Source of the DNA: Candidatus Sumerlaeaceae bacterium | GTDB lineage: Bacteria; Sumerlaeota; Sumerlaeia; Sumerlaeales; Sumerlaeaceae | Length of the DNA: 64,000 nucleotides | Direction: 5' to 3' | Assembly: GCA_019695055.1 (NCBI GenBank) | Contig: JAIBAT010000074.1 | Span: 1-64,000, forward strand | Shown: piece by piece, positions 20,814 through 29,353 of the stretch | How the letters are laid out: every line of letters starts with the position of its first letter | How positions within the stretch are numbered: the first letter of the stretch is position 1 | Made by a program: the position numbers and the translations under genes | Notes under the pieces: generated by a model | The model's database searches: none | Seen by the model: the letters and a program-made list of their open reading frames with translations, nothing else | Told to the model about the DNA's origin: nothing

Positions 20814-21022
20814 GAACATTGCCTGCGACGCGGGTTGCCGCTGGCTACGCTGGATGAGAAGCTGCGCGCGGCGGCGGGGAGGTTGGGGGTGGTGGTGTTT
20901 GAGGGGTAGCGGGGGAAGGCTAAGGGTTTGTTTGAACGTTCAAGCGTGCTGGCCCTTTAGTTACTATTGGATAGTCGGTGCCAGAAAAGTTGGCTGTCCC
21001 CTTAATTCTGTCCCCTTAATTC
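20814..21022 (+). repeat. direct repeat copy 1 (vapC 3'-end remnant plus downstream non-coding), ~90% identical to 24395-24599
   Basis: Encodes ...RRGLPLATLDEKLRAAAGRLG (PIN C-terminus) in one frame; ends with a tandem gtccccttaattc duplication. Confidence 0.8.
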
Positions 21023-21100
21023 TTGCGATTACGGTTGCTTCTACGAGCTGAGAATGCTTCATGGGGAACCTTCCCTAAATCGGAGGAAGAAAGTCGAGTT

Positions 21101-24076
21101 GTGAACCGATTGTTTTTTGTCGGGGCTGCGATTGCTGGAATGACTTTTTTAGGTCTTCCAGTGCCCGCTATCGCATGCTGGGATGGAGTTTCTTTGGACG
21201 GCTCCTGCCCCATTGAGCGTGCCCGCCTCGCACTTGCCGGCAAGTCCAGGTCCGAAAAAATTACAGGCCTATCCACCGCCGTGATGGCTCGCGCCGGCCT
21301 GAAATTTGAGGGCCGCTCGATTTCCGCCATCCCTAACGGCGCAATCCTCACCGAAGTCCGTTCCCTCAAGACGGACAAAACCGGCGAACCCACCGACCTC
21401 GCAATCTACCTCGACCTCGGCGACGATTTCGTCTACAGCCCGCAGCTGACTCCATACAGGCTTTCCCGAATCGGCGGTGAATTTGTCCACGCCTTCACCG
21501 AGGAAGGCATCAGCGGTTATTTCCTTTACATATACGACCCCCTCACGGGTGAGTTCCTGGAGCCCGACCAGCTTTTGCCCCCGGAAGAGCCGCCCAAATA
21601 CGTCCCGGAAACCGACCAGGCCACCGTGGACATGGCCAAGGCCGCCGGAAAAACCATTAACCCGGATGTCAGGGTTGTTCCCGTGATCAATCCCGGCCAA
21701 CCCCAGGGCTCACTTTCCGGCCGCACCGTGTTTATCAATCAATCCCACGGCTGGTTTGACGACGTGGACTTTGGCCGATGGCGCGTCCAGAGGGGAAACA
21801 CTTGCTCCGGCATGGAGGACCTCAGCAGCGCCGAGTTCATCAACGAGTACGTCATGCCGATGCTCCGCAACACCGGCGCCAAGGTCATGACCGTCCGCGA
21901 GCCGGACACCCAGACAGCCATGCTTATTGTGGACAACAGCGACACCGGCGCCGGTCGTGCCGACGGACGCTACTTCGAAACAGGAACCTGGTCCAACAGC
22001 AGCATCGAGGGCTTCAAGCAAAAGACCACCGCCTCCTGGACCGGCACCTCCATCAACCCCTTCAGCCAGGGCACCGGCCAGAACCGCCTTTCTCCCGCGC
22101 TGACCGCCGGCACACCTACTGGAACTGCCAATTGGGTCGCAAACATCCCAGCCGACGGCTATTATAACGTCTACGCCAGTTGGTCCCCCTTCAGCGGACG
22201 CGCCAACGACGCCCAGTATCTCGTCTACCACAGCGGTGGCGTCAGCGAGGTCCGCATGAATCAGAAGATAGATGGCTACACCTGGGTGTTGCTTGGAAAT
22301 TGGTACTTCGAGGCCAGCGCCCCCGAGAGCGAACGCAAGGTCGTCCTGACCAACAAGAGCAGCGACGGCACTGGGGTGAACGTCTCCGCCGACGCAATAC
22401 GGTGGGGCGGCGGCCTCGGCGATATGGCGCGCCAGACCCACGGCGTTAGCGGCCGGCCGCGATGGGAGGAGGAGGCCGTCAATTACCTCCAATTCACCGG
22501 CTTCGGACGCAGCGGCGACCTCTACACCGGCACCGACGACGAATCCGGAGGCTGGGCCGACCGCCCCCAGTATGCGCGGTGGGAACACTCGGGCAAGGAT
22601 GGGGGCGTCGAGGACGCCGTTTACGTGGCCTGGCACACCAACGCCTTCAACGGAACATCGGGCAATTGCGACGGCACCGCCCAGGGTCTCTCATCCTTCC
22701 GCCACAGCACAGCCACCACCGACTCCACCACTTTGCAAACCATCATGCATGACAAGCTTTACAATCACATCGATACCCTTTGGTTCACGGCTTCCACGTG
22801 GCAGGTTCGCAGCAAGAACGTGACCAATTTTGGCGAAAACAATCAGTCCAGCCTTGGCAGCAACCTCCCGGGATTCCTCCTTGAGGGCCTTTTTCACGAC
22901 AACACCGACGACACCAATGCCTATCAGGACCCCCGCTTTCGCAAACTGGCCGCCCGTGCCTTTGCGCACGGCCTGATAGACTACTTTAACCAGCGCGACA
23001 GCACCACCCGGCCCTACCCGCCCGAGCCACCCCTCAACTTCCGGGTGGAAGCTCTCGGCGGCACCAGCGTCCGACTCTCCTGGACCGCCGGCGCCAGCGG
23101 CGGATTCAACGGCGCCGCCGCCACAAGCTACAAGGTATTCCGCAGCCGCAACGGATTCGGGTTTGACGACGGCACGGTGGTCAACGGCCTCACCGTCACC
23201 CTGACCGACGCCCCCACCGACCGCGTCGAGTACTACCGCATCTGCGCGGTCAACACCGGCGGCCAGAGCTTCCCCACCGAAACCCTTTGCGCCATGAACG
23301 GCGCCGGCAGCCAGGTCCTGATCGTGAACGGATTCGACCGCAACCAGACCAGCCTCGCCCCAACCCAGACCATCACAAATCTCGGAACCGTCCGCCGCTT
23401 CGACGAGCGGCTCTTCCAGGGCTACAACTACATCATCGAGCACGCCGAAGCCCTTGAACCCCTCGGCCTGCGCATCAGCAGCTCGTGCAACGAGCGCGTC
23501 GCCGACGGCACCACCGCCCTCGGCGGGTTTGCCGCCGTGTTTTGGATCTGCGGCCAGGAGTCCACCAGCGACGACGCCTTCAACAGCTCTGAAATCTCCC
23601 GCGTGACCACCTATCTCTCCGGCGGAGGCCGCTTCTTCGTCAGCGGCTCGGAAATCGGCTGGGATCTCGGCCGAAGCGGCGTCAGCAGCGCCGCCGACGT
23701 CACCTTTTACAACACCGTCCTGCGGACCGCCTACTCCAGCGACAGCGCCGGCACCTACAATCTCTCCAGCACCGGCATCTTCTCCGGCCTCGGCTCCTTC
23801 AACTTCAGCCCCGCCTCCGGCGCCCGCTATGCCACACCCACCCCCGACGTAATTTCCCCATCCAACGGTTCGACAACCATCCTGAGCTACTCCGGAGGCG
23901 TCGGCGGAACCGCCGCCGTCGCCTACAACGGAACCTCCCGAGTCATCTCCCTCGGATTTCCCTTCGAAACCATCAGCAGCAAACTCACTCGCGAAGCCAT
24001 GATGCAGTCCACCGCCACCTTCTTCGGCCTAACCTCCGGCCCACCGGCCTCCGTCCAGGATTGGAAAAAGTTCTAA
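21101..24076 (+). CDS. secreted N-acetylmuramoyl-L-alanine amidase (Amidase_3)-like protein with an inserted beta-sandwich domain and an FN3 domain
   Basis: Signal peptide; Amidase_3-like blocks (TVFINQSHGW, AVYVAWHTNAFNG...GLSSF, PGFLLEGLFHDNTDDTNAYQDPRF...AHGLIDYF) split by a ~250-aa insert (GYYNVYASWSP...YLVYHSGG...GYTWVLLGNWYF, golvesin-like); FN3 (PPEPPLNFRVEALGGTSVRLSW); start taken at GTG 21101 (ORF-track TTG 21023 lies inside the repeat). Confidence 0.5.
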   Translation: MNRLFFVGAAIAGMTFLGLPVPAIACWDGVSLDGSCPIERARLALAGKSRSEKITGLSTAVMARAGLKFEGRSISAIPNGAILTEVRSLKTDKTGEPTDLAIYLDLGDDFVYSPQLTPYRLSRIGGEFVHAFTEEGISGYFLYIYDPLTGEFLEPDQLLPPEEPPKYVPETDQATVDMAKAAGKTINPDVRVVPVINPGQPQGSLSGRTVFINQSHGWFDDVDFGRWRVQRGNTCSGMEDLSSAEFINEYVMPMLRNTGAKVMTVREPDTQTAMLIVDNSDTGAGRADGRYFETGTWSNSSIEGFKQKTTASWTGTSINPFSQGTGQNRLSPALTAGTPTGTANWVANIPADGYYNVYASWSPFSGRANDAQYLVYHSGGVSEVRMNQKIDGYTWVLLGNWYFEASAPESERKVVLTNKSSDGTGVNVSADAIRWGGGLGDMARQTHGVSGRPRWEEEAVNYLQFTGFGRSGDLYTGTDDESGGWADRPQYARWEHSGKDGGVEDAVYVAWHTNAFNGTSGNCDGTAQGLSSFRHSTATTDSTTLQTIMHDKLYNHIDTLWFTASTWQVRSKNVTNFGENNQSSLGSNLPGFLLEGLFHDNTDDTNAYQDPRFRKLAARAFAHGLIDYFNQRDSTTRPYPPEPPLNFRVEALGGTSVRLSWTAGASGGFNGAAATSYKVFRSRNGFGFDDGTVVNGLTVTLTDAPTDRVEYYRICAVNTGGQSFPTETLCAMNGAGSQVLIVNGFDRNQTSLAPTQTITNLGTVRRFDERLFQGYNYIIEHAEALEPLGLRISSSCNERVADGTTALGGFAAVFWICGQESTSDDAFNSSEISRVTTYLSGGGRFFVSGSEIGWDLGRSGVSSAADVTFYNTVLRTAYSSDSAGTYNLSSTGIFSGLGSFNFSPASGARYATPTPDVISPSNGSTTILSYSGGVGGTAAVAYNGTSRVISLGFPFETISSKLTREAMMQSTATFFGLTSGPPASVQDWKKF

Positions 24077-24098
24077 CCCGACAGAGCCCCCCCGGGAA

Positions 24099-24118
24099 CG
24101 CCAATCTCCCGATTGGCG
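24099..24118 (+). terminator. hairpin downstream of the amidase-like gene
   Basis: cgccaatc-tccc-gattggcg perfect 8-bp stem followed by CTCTTTCCC; weak U-tract. Confidence 0.35.
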
Positions 24119-24175
24119 CTCTTTCCCAACCACACATCCAAGCGTCGAAGCCACGGACCCACCCCCCCACAATTC

Positions 24176-24508
24176 GGGCGCATCGTGCCGTCGCTGTGGA
24201 TGTTGGAGGTGGCGAGCGTCCTGCTCGTGGCCGAGCGTCGCGGGCGGCTCACGGCGGAGCAATCGCTGCGATGCGTGGAGCTGCTGGGTGCTCTTCCGGT
24301 ATTCATCCAGCCCGCAGATGCGACGGACGTGTTTGCCACGACGATCCCGCTGGCGCGGGATTGCGGGCTGACGCTGTACGACGCGACTTACCTGGAACTT
24401 TGCCTGCGGCGCGGGCTGCCGCTGGCTACGCTGGATGAAAAATTACGCGCGGCGGCGGGGAGGTTGGGGAGTGGTGGTGTTTGGGGGGGGGTAGCAGGGG
24501 AAGGCTAA
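24176..24508 (+). pseudogene. 5'-truncated PIN-domain toxin (vapC remnant)
   Basis: ...LYDATYLELCLRRGLPLATLDEKLRAAAG matches a PIN C-terminal half; the N-terminal ~35 residues including the first catalytic Asp are absent; no vapB upstream. Confidence 0.5.
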
Positions 24509-24599
24509 GGGTTTGTTTGAGCTTTCAAATGTGCTGGCCCTTCGGTTCCTATCGGATAGTCGGTGCTAAGAGTTGGCTGTCCCCTTAATTCGTTAATTC
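24395..24599 (+). repeat. direct repeat copy 2 (vapC 3' end plus downstream)
   Basis: Aligns with 20814-21022 with ~10% divergence and a few indels. Confidence 0.8.
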
Positions 24600-24613
24600 A
24601 GTTGTGAGCGTTG

Positions 24614-25072
24614 CTAATCCCGCGGAAAGAGATGTGCCCTGCAGGTTGTTGCACCCAGGAAAATCGGAGTGGCGGTCAGAAACACAATCTTCTCAAGCAT
24701 TACATATCCGTCGTAATTCAAATCCCAATAGATTGGGGCGTAAGCACAGACGACTGAAACAGCAAAGAGAATCAGGATCCCAATAGCGACGGAGTTTCGG
24801 GTAATGTGCAGGGGGGTGATCTGAAGATTAGATCTTAAAAGCAACTTCGAAACCGCCAGCATAACCAGAGACAGGCAGATTATCCCAAACCCCACTGCAA
24901 TTGCTGTCCACACGATGAACAACGAATTGCCGTAGTAGTGTTCCCCGCCGTCGGAAATGAAACCGGCAAGCCCGTAGACCAGAAACATGATCACAAGAAT
25001 CGCCCATGCAAGCGCAAGCCCAGCAAGATTCTCAGCCAATGCGCGGGAAAACCTGATTAGCCAATTGGACAT
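24614..25072 (-). CDS. hypothetical 4-TM membrane protein (low G+C)
   Basis: 152 aa; hydrophobic helices; A/T-rich codon usage unlike its neighbours. Confidence 0.4.
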   Translation of the reverse strand: MSNWLIRFSRALAENLAGLALAWAILVIMFLVYGLAGFISDGGEHYYGNSLFIVWTAIAVGFGIICLSLVMLAVSKLLLRSNLQITPLHITRNSVAIGILILFAVSVVCAYAPIYWDLNYDGYVMLEKIVFLTATPIFLGATTCRAHLFPRD

Positions 25073-25342
25073 TCATTTCTCCGTCGAAAACCCATGGTAT
25101 GGCAGCTACTGCCCATTGCGCCTGATCATCAAGTTTAAAGAGGATAGTGCGCGGCGGCTGTGGGCGGGTTTGAGGGGGGTGTCGGGCGCGCCTGAGTCGC
25201 AAGCCGATAAGTATTTACTGTCTCTTGACCCCCAAGCTCGAAAGCCAATTCGCTGTTCGTCAATCGTTGCCGTTAAGGACTTTGCTTTTACTCTTTCACG
25301 ATCGGTATCTACCGCGCATCACACTAAATGGGTTCCATAAGC

Positions 25343-25843
25343 ATGCAAAGGACTGTGACAATCAATCGTGAGGGCTTTGCCGAATTCGCAAAGTTCATTT
25401 ATGACACCGGGGAGCCAAAGGTTTCCGAAAGGTACTCAGATCTTGAGAAGCACATTCGTCGGTTTGGCAGCGCGCCCGAGTTGATCGCTGACCTGGAGCG
25501 CGTGAATGCCATAAACGAGAAATACCCTTCCTACGTGCTCCATTATCCAGACTGCAAAGGTTTGGTTGAAGAGGAGAGGATCGCGCTCAAACCAGAGTCT
25601 TGCAATGGCTATAAATGGCGTTATACAATGAACGGGTGGGGACTTATCCAAGTGCTTCTCTATTTGGATAGTCCACCAACCATAAAGTGCAATGTCGGCG
25701 TAAATTCCCAAAAGCGCGCGGAGGCGTGGGCCCCGTTTGCCCCGAAACTCGGACCGACGGATCTTTGGGACTGGCGGATGGTCGAAAGGCATGTGCGGCA
25801 GATCATCCGGCGGATGAACAAGATTAGCGAGAAGTGCCGTTAG
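25343..25843 (+). CDS. hypothetical protein (low G+C), no recognisable domain
   Basis: 166 aa, soluble, Cys/Trp-containing (YPDCKG, SCNGYKWRY); start ambiguous between 25328 and 25343. Confidence 0.4.
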   Translation: MQRTVTINREGFAEFAKFIYDTGEPKVSERYSDLEKHIRRFGSAPELIADLERVNAINEKYPSYVLHYPDCKGLVEEERIALKPESCNGYKWRYTMNGWGLIQVLLYLDSPPTIKCNVGVNSQKRAEAWAPFAPKLGPTDLWDWRMVERHVRQIIRRMNKISEKCR

Positions 25844-25971
25844 GGTCAGGGCCGGACCCGACCGGAGACTGCTATATAATGCGTCCCTTCGGGACAGGCG
25901 ACATGTTCTTGTCTCTGGCGAGCCAAAAGGGAAACTTGATGGATATTATCTACTCAAGGGAATCACAATTT

Positions 25972-26535
25972 CTAAACATCCATCCCTGCCTTATGACCAA
26001 GGACTTCGGCCAGGCCCTTCTCGTCTATCCTCCACACGACGTAAAGCGTCATTGAGGCAAACACCAAGCTTAGCATCAACATACCGGAGAAGCCCCTGAC
26101 AAATCGGGCCTGGCCTGCCCAATATTCCGTTTCGGTAATCTCGCGCACAATCCGACCGTGGTCTGACAAGACGGTTTTTCCGGCAATTACGGTCGGCATA
26201 CCTTCACCGAATGACGATAGAAAAAACATCGCTATTGCGTAGATGCCTGCGGTTGAAAACACGGCAAACAGCCAACCGGGCACCACCTTCTCAACAATCA
26301 GCCATGCATCATTTATGCCAGCCGCCTTGGCAATCCGCTGCCCCATAATCACCGCCCGGCCGAAAACAAGGAAGGCAATGGGCGGCATGACAAAGAAAAG
26401 CGGATATATAATCCGCACAATGTCAGGGAAGTATGCGGATACATTAACCGTTACCATCGCACTTAACGCAAGAATTGCCGCGACAAACCATCTTCTGTTT
26501 CTCACCGAAGACTTGGATGGCTCGTCCAAAGCCAA
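25972..26535 (-). CDS. hypothetical 4-TM membrane protein (low G+C)
   Basis: 187 aa; four hydrophobic helices. Confidence 0.4.
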   Translation of the reverse strand: MALDEPSKSSVRNRRWFVAAILALSAMVTVNVSAYFPDIVRIIYPLFFVMPPIAFLVFGRAVIMGQRIAKAAGINDAWLIVEKVVPGWLFAVFSTAGIYAIAMFFLSSFGEGMPTVIAGKTVLSDHGRIVREITETEYWAGQARFVRGFSGMLMLSLVFASMTLYVVWRIDEKGLAEVLGHKAGMDV

Positions 26536-26538
26536 AAG

Positions 26539-27504
26539 CTACATTTCCTTCTTCACCAACGCAAATCTCCGCGTCAGTTTAAAGCCGAGGCGGCCGTAGA
26601 CGCCTTTCAGTGCCCGCTCGCCGGTCCACAGGACCCAGGCGCAGTGGTAGCCGGTTAGGCGCATCTGGTAGAGGGTGCGGGCGAGGAGGACGGTGCCGAT
26701 GCCTTTGCCCTGGTAGTCGTCGCTGACGCCGAAGGGGCCGAAGTGGTCGCGGTCGTTCTGGCAGAAGCCTATGATTTTTCCTTCTCCGGGGGGGCCGGCG
26801 TTCATGTCGATGGCGAGCCAGATGGCTTCGAGGGGGAAGCGGCCGTGGGTCATCTCGAGGAGGTATTTGCGGGCGTCCTCGACCCAGGGGCCGGGCATGA
26901 GGTCGCGCTGGAACTGGATGTAGTTGACGAGGTCGCGGCGCTCGAAGTGGCGGATGACGATTCCCTCGTCGGCGAGCTTGCGTTCGCGGTCGTGGACCTC
27001 GGGGGAAAGCTCGAAGGTGGAGATGAGGGCGTCGGCAGCGATGCCCTCGCTGTACTCGGCGAAGCCGTGGCGCTGGAGGAAGGCGAGGCCGTCGGCATAG
27101 CGCTCCTTGTCCACGCCGGGCACGAAATAGTTGGGCGTGTAGGGGGCCAGGCAGATGATCTTGCGCCCGCGGTCGGCGAAGAACTTCTCGGCGGCCGCCA
27201 GCAGGGCGCGGCCGACGCCTTTGCCGCGCCACTCGGGGGAGACGCCAAAGGCGGTGATGAAGCCGGTGTCCTCGCGATGGCCGACCTTTTCGATGGGTTT
27301 GTTCAGGACGAAGGCCGTGATGAACCCGGCGACCACGCCATTCGCCTCGGCCACCATGAGGCTTTCGCGCTCGAAGTTTTCATCGAGGAGCACCTTGCGC
27401 TCGAGTTGCTCGAGGGTGATGGCATCGAGGGGCAGGGCGCGTTCCCAGCAATCGAGCAGAGCCTGGGTGTCGCGGCCCTCGAAGGGGCGGATGGTGAGGT
27501 TCAT
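26539..27504 (-). CDS. GNAT family N-acetyltransferase (tandem GNAT domains)
   Basis: Two acetyl-CoA-binding motifs (WRGKGVGRALL and YQGKGIGTVLL). Confidence 0.7.
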   Translation of the reverse strand: MNLTIRPFEGRDTQALLDCWERALPLDAITLEQLERKVLLDENFERESLMVAEANGVVAGFITAFVLNKPIEKVGHREDTGFITAFGVSPEWRGKGVGRALLAAAEKFFADRGRKIICLAPYTPNYFVPGVDKERYADGLAFLQRHGFAEYSEGIAADALISTFELSPEVHDRERKLADEGIVIRHFERRDLVNYIQFQRDLMPGPWVEDARKYLLEMTHGRFPLEAIWLAIDMNAGPPGEGKIIGFCQNDRDHFGPFGVSDDYQGKGIGTVLLARTLYQMRLTGYHCAWVLWTGERALKGVYGRLGFKLTRRFALVKKEM

Positions 27505-27506
27505 CC

Positions 27507-27540
27507 GAGTTCTGAGTTCTGAGTTCTGAGTTCTGAGTTC
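27507..27540. repeat. heptanucleotide microsatellite (GAGTTCT)x4.9
   Basis: Fills the 45-nt spacer between the pta stop (27550) and the GNAT start (27504). Confidence 0.9.
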
Positions 27541-27549
27541 ATCGGCACG

Positions 27550-28572
27550 CTACCGCAGCAGGTTTGCCTTTGCGGCGGTGATGGCGGTTACGTCGATGAT
27601 GTCCTGGACGCTGCAGCCGCGGGAGAGGTCGTTGACGGATTTGGCGAGGCCCTGGAGGACCGGGCCGATGGCCTCCGCCTTGCCGAGGCGCTGGACGAGC
27701 TTGTAGCCGATGTTGCCGGAGTCGAGGTCGGGGAAGATGAGGATGTTGGCCTTGCCGGCGATGGGGGAATCGGGGGCCTTGCGCTGGCCGATGGATTCGA
27801 TGAGGGCTGCGTCGGCCTGGAGTTCGCCGTCCACCTTGAGGTCGGGGCGCTGCTTGCGGACGATCTCGGTGGCCTGGCGGACCTTGTCCACGCGGGCGTG
27901 CTGGGCGCTGCCGCGGGTGCTGAAGCTGAGCATGGCGATGCGGGGCTCCATGCCGAGGAGCTTGCCGGCGGTGTCGGCGGTGGCGATGGCGATGTCTGCC
28001 ATCTGCTCGGCGTTGGGGTCGATCATGACGGCGCAGTCGGCGAAGATGATGACGCCGTTCTCGCCGAGGGGGCTGTCGGGGACGACCATGACGAAATGGC
28101 TGGAGACGGTCTTGATGCCCGGCTGGAGGCCGATGCACTTGATGGAGGCGCGGAGGACGTCGCCGGTGGTGGTGACGGCGCCGGCGGTCATGCCGTCGGC
28201 CTGGCCATCGGCCACGAGCATCGAGGCGAAGTAGAGCGGGTCGCTGACGGTGGCGCGGGCCTGATCGGGGGTCAGGTTTTCCTTGGCGCGCTTGGCGCGG
28301 TAGCTGTTGGCGAGCGCGCTGAGCGTGGAGGCGTCGGCGGCGGGGTCGCTGATGATGAGGCCGGTCATGTCGGCCTTTTCGGCGGAGGCGAGGGCCTCGA
28401 TTTTGGCGCGTTCGCCAATGAGAATCGGCTCGGCGATGCCCTGGTCCTTGATGCCACGCGCGGCGTGGAGTGTGCGGGCATCCGTGCCCGCCTCCGGCAG
28501 CACGATGCGACAGCGATTTTTTGCCGCCACCGCCAGGATCTTCTGCCGGACCAACTCTGATTGATTAGCCAT
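27550..28572 (-). CDS. pta: phosphate acetyltransferase (short PTA_PTB form)
   Basis: MANQSELVRQKILAVAAK...; PTA_PTB domain across the whole length; ATG at 28572. Confidence 0.8.
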   Translation of the reverse strand: MANQSELVRQKILAVAAKNRCRIVLPEAGTDARTLHAARGIKDQGIAEPILIGERAKIEALASAEKADMTGLIISDPAADASTLSALANSYRAKRAKENLTPDQARATVSDPLYFASMLVADGQADGMTAGAVTTTGDVLRASIKCIGLQPGIKTVSSHFVMVVPDSPLGENGVIIFADCAVMIDPNAEQMADIAIATADTAGKLLGMEPRIAMLSFSTRGSAQHARVDKVRQATEIVRKQRPDLKVDGELQADAALIESIGQRKAPDSPIAGKANILIFPDLDSGNIGYKLVQRLGKAEAIGPVLQGLAKSVNDLSRGCSVQDIIDVTAITAAKANLLR

Positions 28573-28780
28573 GTTCAACGTTCCCCTTCCCCCTTGAATC
28601 GGGTTCCCAAATTTTGTTGCACCGAATACATGGGTGGCGGCGGCGGATGGGGAAGGCAATCGGAAAAGCAAAAACGGTGGGGGGTGGGGAAGAGATTAGG
28701 AATCCGTTGCTATTTCAAAACAGAAGGCTACTTCTTTACACATGATTCGACGAGCAAAAGCCAAGGCACGGGATGGCAGG

Positions 28781-28990
28781 ATGAAACGAGAGTTTAGCGT
28801 CGTTATTGAGAAGGATCCGACCGGCTATTTTGTCGCGTCGGTTCCCGCCCTTCGTGGCTGCCACACCCAGGCCAAATCGCTGGACGTTTTGATGACCCGC
28901 ATCCGCGAGGCCATTGAGCTTTGCCTGGAGGTCGAAGACCCCGTCAAAAGCGAGTTTATTGGGGTCCAGCGGATAGCCATCTCGGCATGA
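28781..28990 (+). CDS. hicB: HicB-family antitoxin
   Basis: MKREFSVVIEKDPTGYFVASVPALRGCHTQAKSLDVLMTRIREAIELCLE (UPF0150/HicB fold); start could be 28742. Confidence 0.6.
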   Translation: MKREFSVVIEKDPTGYFVASVPALRGCHTQAKSLDVLMTRIREAIELCLEVEDPVKSEFIGVQRIAISA

Positions 28991-29208
28991 GCGAGTTCCC
29001 CGCTCTTTCCGGTTCTGCGCTTATCAAGGCACTGCGAAAGTTCGGTTTCGAGGTCGTCCGCGTTCGGGGCAGCCATCATTTTCTGCGCCATTCGGACGGT
29101 AGATGTACCGTTGTTCCTGTTCACCGCGGCGAAACCATTGGCCCCGGTTTGATGGCCCAAATCCTTCGCGACTGCGAGATTGATCGGAAGCAATTGCACC
29201 GGAAGTGA
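28987..29208 (+). CDS. hicA: HicA-family toxin (mRNA interferase)
   Basis: 73 aa; ALRKFGFEVVRVRGSHHFLRH...VVPVHRGETIGPGLMAQILRD; ATGA overlap with the hicB stop. Confidence 0.6.
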   Translation: MSEFPALSGSALIKALRKFGFEVVRVRGSHHFLRHSDGRCTVVPVHRGETIGPGLMAQILRDCEIDRKQLHRK

Positions 29209-29353
29209 CAGGCTTTTGCCGCCGCCAACCAGGTTTTGGGGTCTGAACATCGAATAACGCCCCATACTTCCCCTAAGAATTACAAGAAGTCAGCTTTACC
29301 AGTTTCTCGACGAGCGGCGGGCGTGGTGCCCTGAAGGCCGCGAAGGGGGAGAG

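Noticed and set aside
21023-21100. ORF-track TTG start and 26-aa N-terminal extension of the amidase-like gene (similar N-terminal extensions occur on rfbB, epimerase, pta, gatA and ada ORFs)
   Set aside because: The extension lies inside the direct repeat and precedes the signal peptide. A GTG at 21101 with an upstream GGAGG is more plausible. The other genes were trimmed to conserved N-termini with verified ATG/GTG codons.
27507-27540. Tandem repeats (7-mer x5 here, 15-mer x6 at 53436-53525) as a possible CRISPR array
   Set aside because: The units are far too short and have no spacers. There are no cas genes. One sits in a 45-nt spacer and the other is coding.
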